Shown: positions 57,557-64,000 of the stretch, in pieces
Layout of the letters: each line of letters begins with the position of its first letter
Numbering within the stretch: position 1 is the stretch's first letter
Assembly: GCF_009914755.1 (NCBI RefSeq)
Contig: NC_060926.1
Source of the DNA: the human T2T-CHM13v2.0 reference genome, Homo sapiens
Reading direction: 5' to 3' (one strand)
Length of the DNA stretch: 64,000 bases
Translations under genes and position numbers: made by a program
Notes under the pieces: generated by a model
Databases searched by the model: none
Told to the model about the DNA's origin: nothing
The model's input: the letters and a program-made list of their open reading frames with translations, nothing else

Positions 57557-58050
57557 TGTGATGGTTAATTTTATGTGTCAGGTTGACTAGGTGAATGGAT
57601 GCCCAGAAAGCTGGTAAAACATTATTTCTAGGTGTGTCTGTGAGGGTGTTTTCCAAACAGATTAACATTTGAATCAGTTGACTGAGTAGAGAAGATCACC
57701 CTCACCTAATCTGATGATAGCACGAATAAAACAAAAAGGCAGAGGAAGGGCAAATTCCCTTTCTTCTTAAGCTGGGAGATTCATCTTCTCTGGCCTTCAG
57801 TGAGACATCAGTGCTCCTGGATCTCTGGCCTTTAGACTCCAGGACTTAATACCAGGCATCCTCCTCCCCCTGGTTCTAGGGCTCCAGCCTTGGACTGAAT
57901 TACACCACTGGATTTCCTAGTTCTCCAGCTGGCAGACAGCATATTATGAAACTTCTTGGTCTCCATAATCAATCATGTGAGCCAATTCCCATAATAAATC
58001 TTCTCTTATATATCTATATATATTCTATTGCTCTCTTTCTCCGGAGAGCC
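57557..58050 (+). mobile_element. MLT2-type (ERVL) solo LTR
   Basis: tgtgatggttaattttatgtgtca...gggtgtttt...gtgagccaattcccataataaatc. Confidence 0.8.
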
Positions 58051-58130
58051 TTTGTGTGTATATGTATTCATTATTCCTGGATGAGTTCCTAAGAGTGGAA
58101 TTGCTGGATTATAAGAATAGATGTATGTTA

Positions 58131-58452
58131 GTCTGGGTGCAGTGGTACACGCCTGTAATCCCAGCACTTTGAGAGGCCAAGGTGGGCAGATACTTGAGCT
58201 CAGAAGTTTGAGACCAGCCTGGGCAATATGACGAAACCCCATCTCTGCAAAAAATATAAAGGAAAAATTGGCCAGGCATGGGGGCATGTGCCAGTCATCT
58301 CAGCTACTCCGGAGGCTGAGGTGGGGGTATTGTTTGAGAGCTTGAGCCCTGGAGGTTGAGGCTGCAGTGAGCTGAGATCACTTAACTGCACTGCACTCCA
58401 GCCTGAGTGACAGAGTGAGACCCTGTCTCCAAAAAAAAAAAAAAAAAAAAAA
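58131..58452 (+). mobile_element. AluJ-type
   Basis: Full dimer + poly-A. Confidence 0.87.
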
Positions 58453-58456
58453 TTGA

Positions 58457-58883
<427 letters not shown>

Positions 58884-59319
58884 GCATATTTTTTATTTAA
58901 AAAATTTATTGTGGTAAAATACATATAACAAAAGTTACCACTTTACTATTTTAAAGTATGTAACTGTATTTATGCCTATTTTTAATTAAGTTATCTCTTT
59001 TTTCTTGTTTTTTTTAGCCATTTAAAAATATATACATATATTCAGGATATAAAATCTTTGTTGAATATATACACACCCACACACACAGAGAATGCAAATC
59101 TCTTCAGTCAGTGTGTACTCTATTGTCTTAATGCTGTCTTTGATGAAAATTAGTTCATAATTAACAAAGCCCAAATTAGCAGTATTTTCTGATTAGTGAT
59201 ATTTGTATCCTGTTTAAGAAGTCAGCCACCCCGAGGACATGAAGACATTCTCCTGTGTTTTCTTCTAGAAGTTTATTGTTTTCCTGTCACATTTAGGTCT
59301 GATTTACCTTCCTTTTTAT

Positions 59320-62509
<3,190 letters not shown>

Positions 62510-63136
62510 GCGTTTGTTTTTGCTTTTCAATATTTTAAATATTTCACTCCCCTCTCTTTTTGGTTGCACATGGCTGGTACCATTCCAGAAGGGAAGTTTA
62601 TTTATTATATACAATGGATGCCTTAGCCATTTTACCCTTAATATTTCAATGTGTATTTCATAGAATAAGGATATTTTCTTACATAACTGCAAAAACAATA
62701 ATATTCAGGGAATTCAACATTAATAAAATATTTTGTCTAATCTACCATCAATAGTCTAGTTTCCTCAATTGTCCCAATAATTTTTTTTCCCTTGAAAAGA
62801 ATTCTGCTCTAGATCATATATTCATTTAGTTGTCATGTATCTTTTTAGTGTCTCTTTCAATCTAAAACAAGTCCTTAGCCTTTCTTGGCTTTCATGACAT
62901 TGACATTTTTAAAAGAATACTGGCCAGTTGTTTTTTAATACTGTATGTCTGATTTTGGCTTTGTCTGATATTTACTCATGATTAAATTCAGGTTATACAT
63001 TTCTAGTCAGAATACTACACAGTGTTATCCTCCCTCACAGGTGACAGTAGTTTTGATCACTCAGGCAAAGTATTGTTTGTTTCTGTATATATAGTTACTA
63101 TATGCCCCCTGGCAACTGGCAGGAGGCACTTTAAGA

Positions 63137-63482
63137 CAGCAGTCCCCAACTTTTTTGGCAACAGGGACCAGTTTCATGTAAAGCAATTTTTCCACAGACA
63201 GGAGATTGGGGGTGTAGGAGATGGGGAGATGGTTTCAGGATGAAACTGTTCCACTTCAAATCATCAGGCTTTAGATTCTCATAAGGAGCACACAACCTAC
63301 ATACCTCAGATGCACAGTTCACAATAGGGTTTGAGTTCCCGTGAGTTCCCGCCACTGATCTACAGGAGGCAGAGCTCAGGCGGTAATGCTCGCTCAGCTG
63401 CTGCTCACCTCCTGCTGTGTGACCTATTTCTAACATGCCACGGACCAGTACTGGTCTGTGACCAGGGGACTGGGGACCCCTG
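63137..63482 (+). mobile_element. MER1B (hAT-Charlie MITE) with perfect 8-bp TSD, inside an antisense L1 3' fragment (about 62620-64000)
   Basis: cagcagtccccaac...ggggacccctg TIRs; ctttaaga at 63129-63136 and 63483-63490. Confidence 0.9.
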
Positions 63483-64000
63483 CTTTAAGATCATGCAAAT
63501 CTTGTTCCTCATCAAACCTCTCCTCAATCCTGACCCCAGAGTTATACCCATTAATGATTCTTGTCCAATCAATCTTTACTATGATGATTGCAAAATGATT
63601 CTCTAATTTGACTGTTTATTCCACATTTATTAATCAGCATCCTAGCATATGGAAAAGTTTTCCTTTTCACCAATTTATCTATCATCAGTATGGACTCATG
63701 AGTTCCTATTTTTTCAATGGTTCAATATTGTCCTTATTTATTTTGATGCCAAATAGTCCTAGATTTGGCCACTAGGGGCCTCTTCAAGCTAGCTTCTGTG
63801 TTCTTTCAACATGTCTTTATCATTTTTTTAAACACTTCCTTGCTTTCTGTTAACATTACGATGTTCCAGGATAATCATACCTTTTCTTCCCCAGCCCTGG
63901 AGACCAGCCATTTCTCCAGAAATCCCCGATTCCTTTTAGTAGGAAATGGTATTAGAAAACAAAATATGAGTTCCAGACATACTGATTACTTATCAGGATA

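Overview
Human (primate) genomic DNA, AT-rich and dense in Alu/LTR/L1 repeats, holding two convergent spliced genes recognised from their translated exons. On +: coding exons 2-6 of RPE (ribulose-5-phosphate 3-epimerase, residues 41-228; stop at 10494-10496; exon 1 lies upstream of the window). On -: the last nine coding exons of KANSL1L (402 aa, including the PEHE/MOF-binding region; stop at 13654-13656). Positions 34816-64000 appear to be one large KANSL1L intron packed with transposon fossils. All splice phases were checked by hand. The most notable items are: (1) a KANSL1L GC-AG intron with a competing frameshifting GT donor 4 nt away; (2) an in-frame 54-nt Alu-derived cassette exon in RPE; (3) a MER85 piggyBac MITE with an intact CSB-PGBD3 palindrome; (4) several local templated duplications that look like DNA-repair scars rather than retrotransposition; (5) a four-level nested MLT1>Alu>MER11>AluY stack; (6) a full-length THE1 element with a DUX4-to-AP-1 motif switch; (7) a TE-free shared 3' UTR interval with a palindromic bidirectional poly(A) signal. 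I found no CRISPR, rRNA or tRNA features and no convincing novel protein-coding system. Repeat subfamily names and boundaries are by-eye and approximate.
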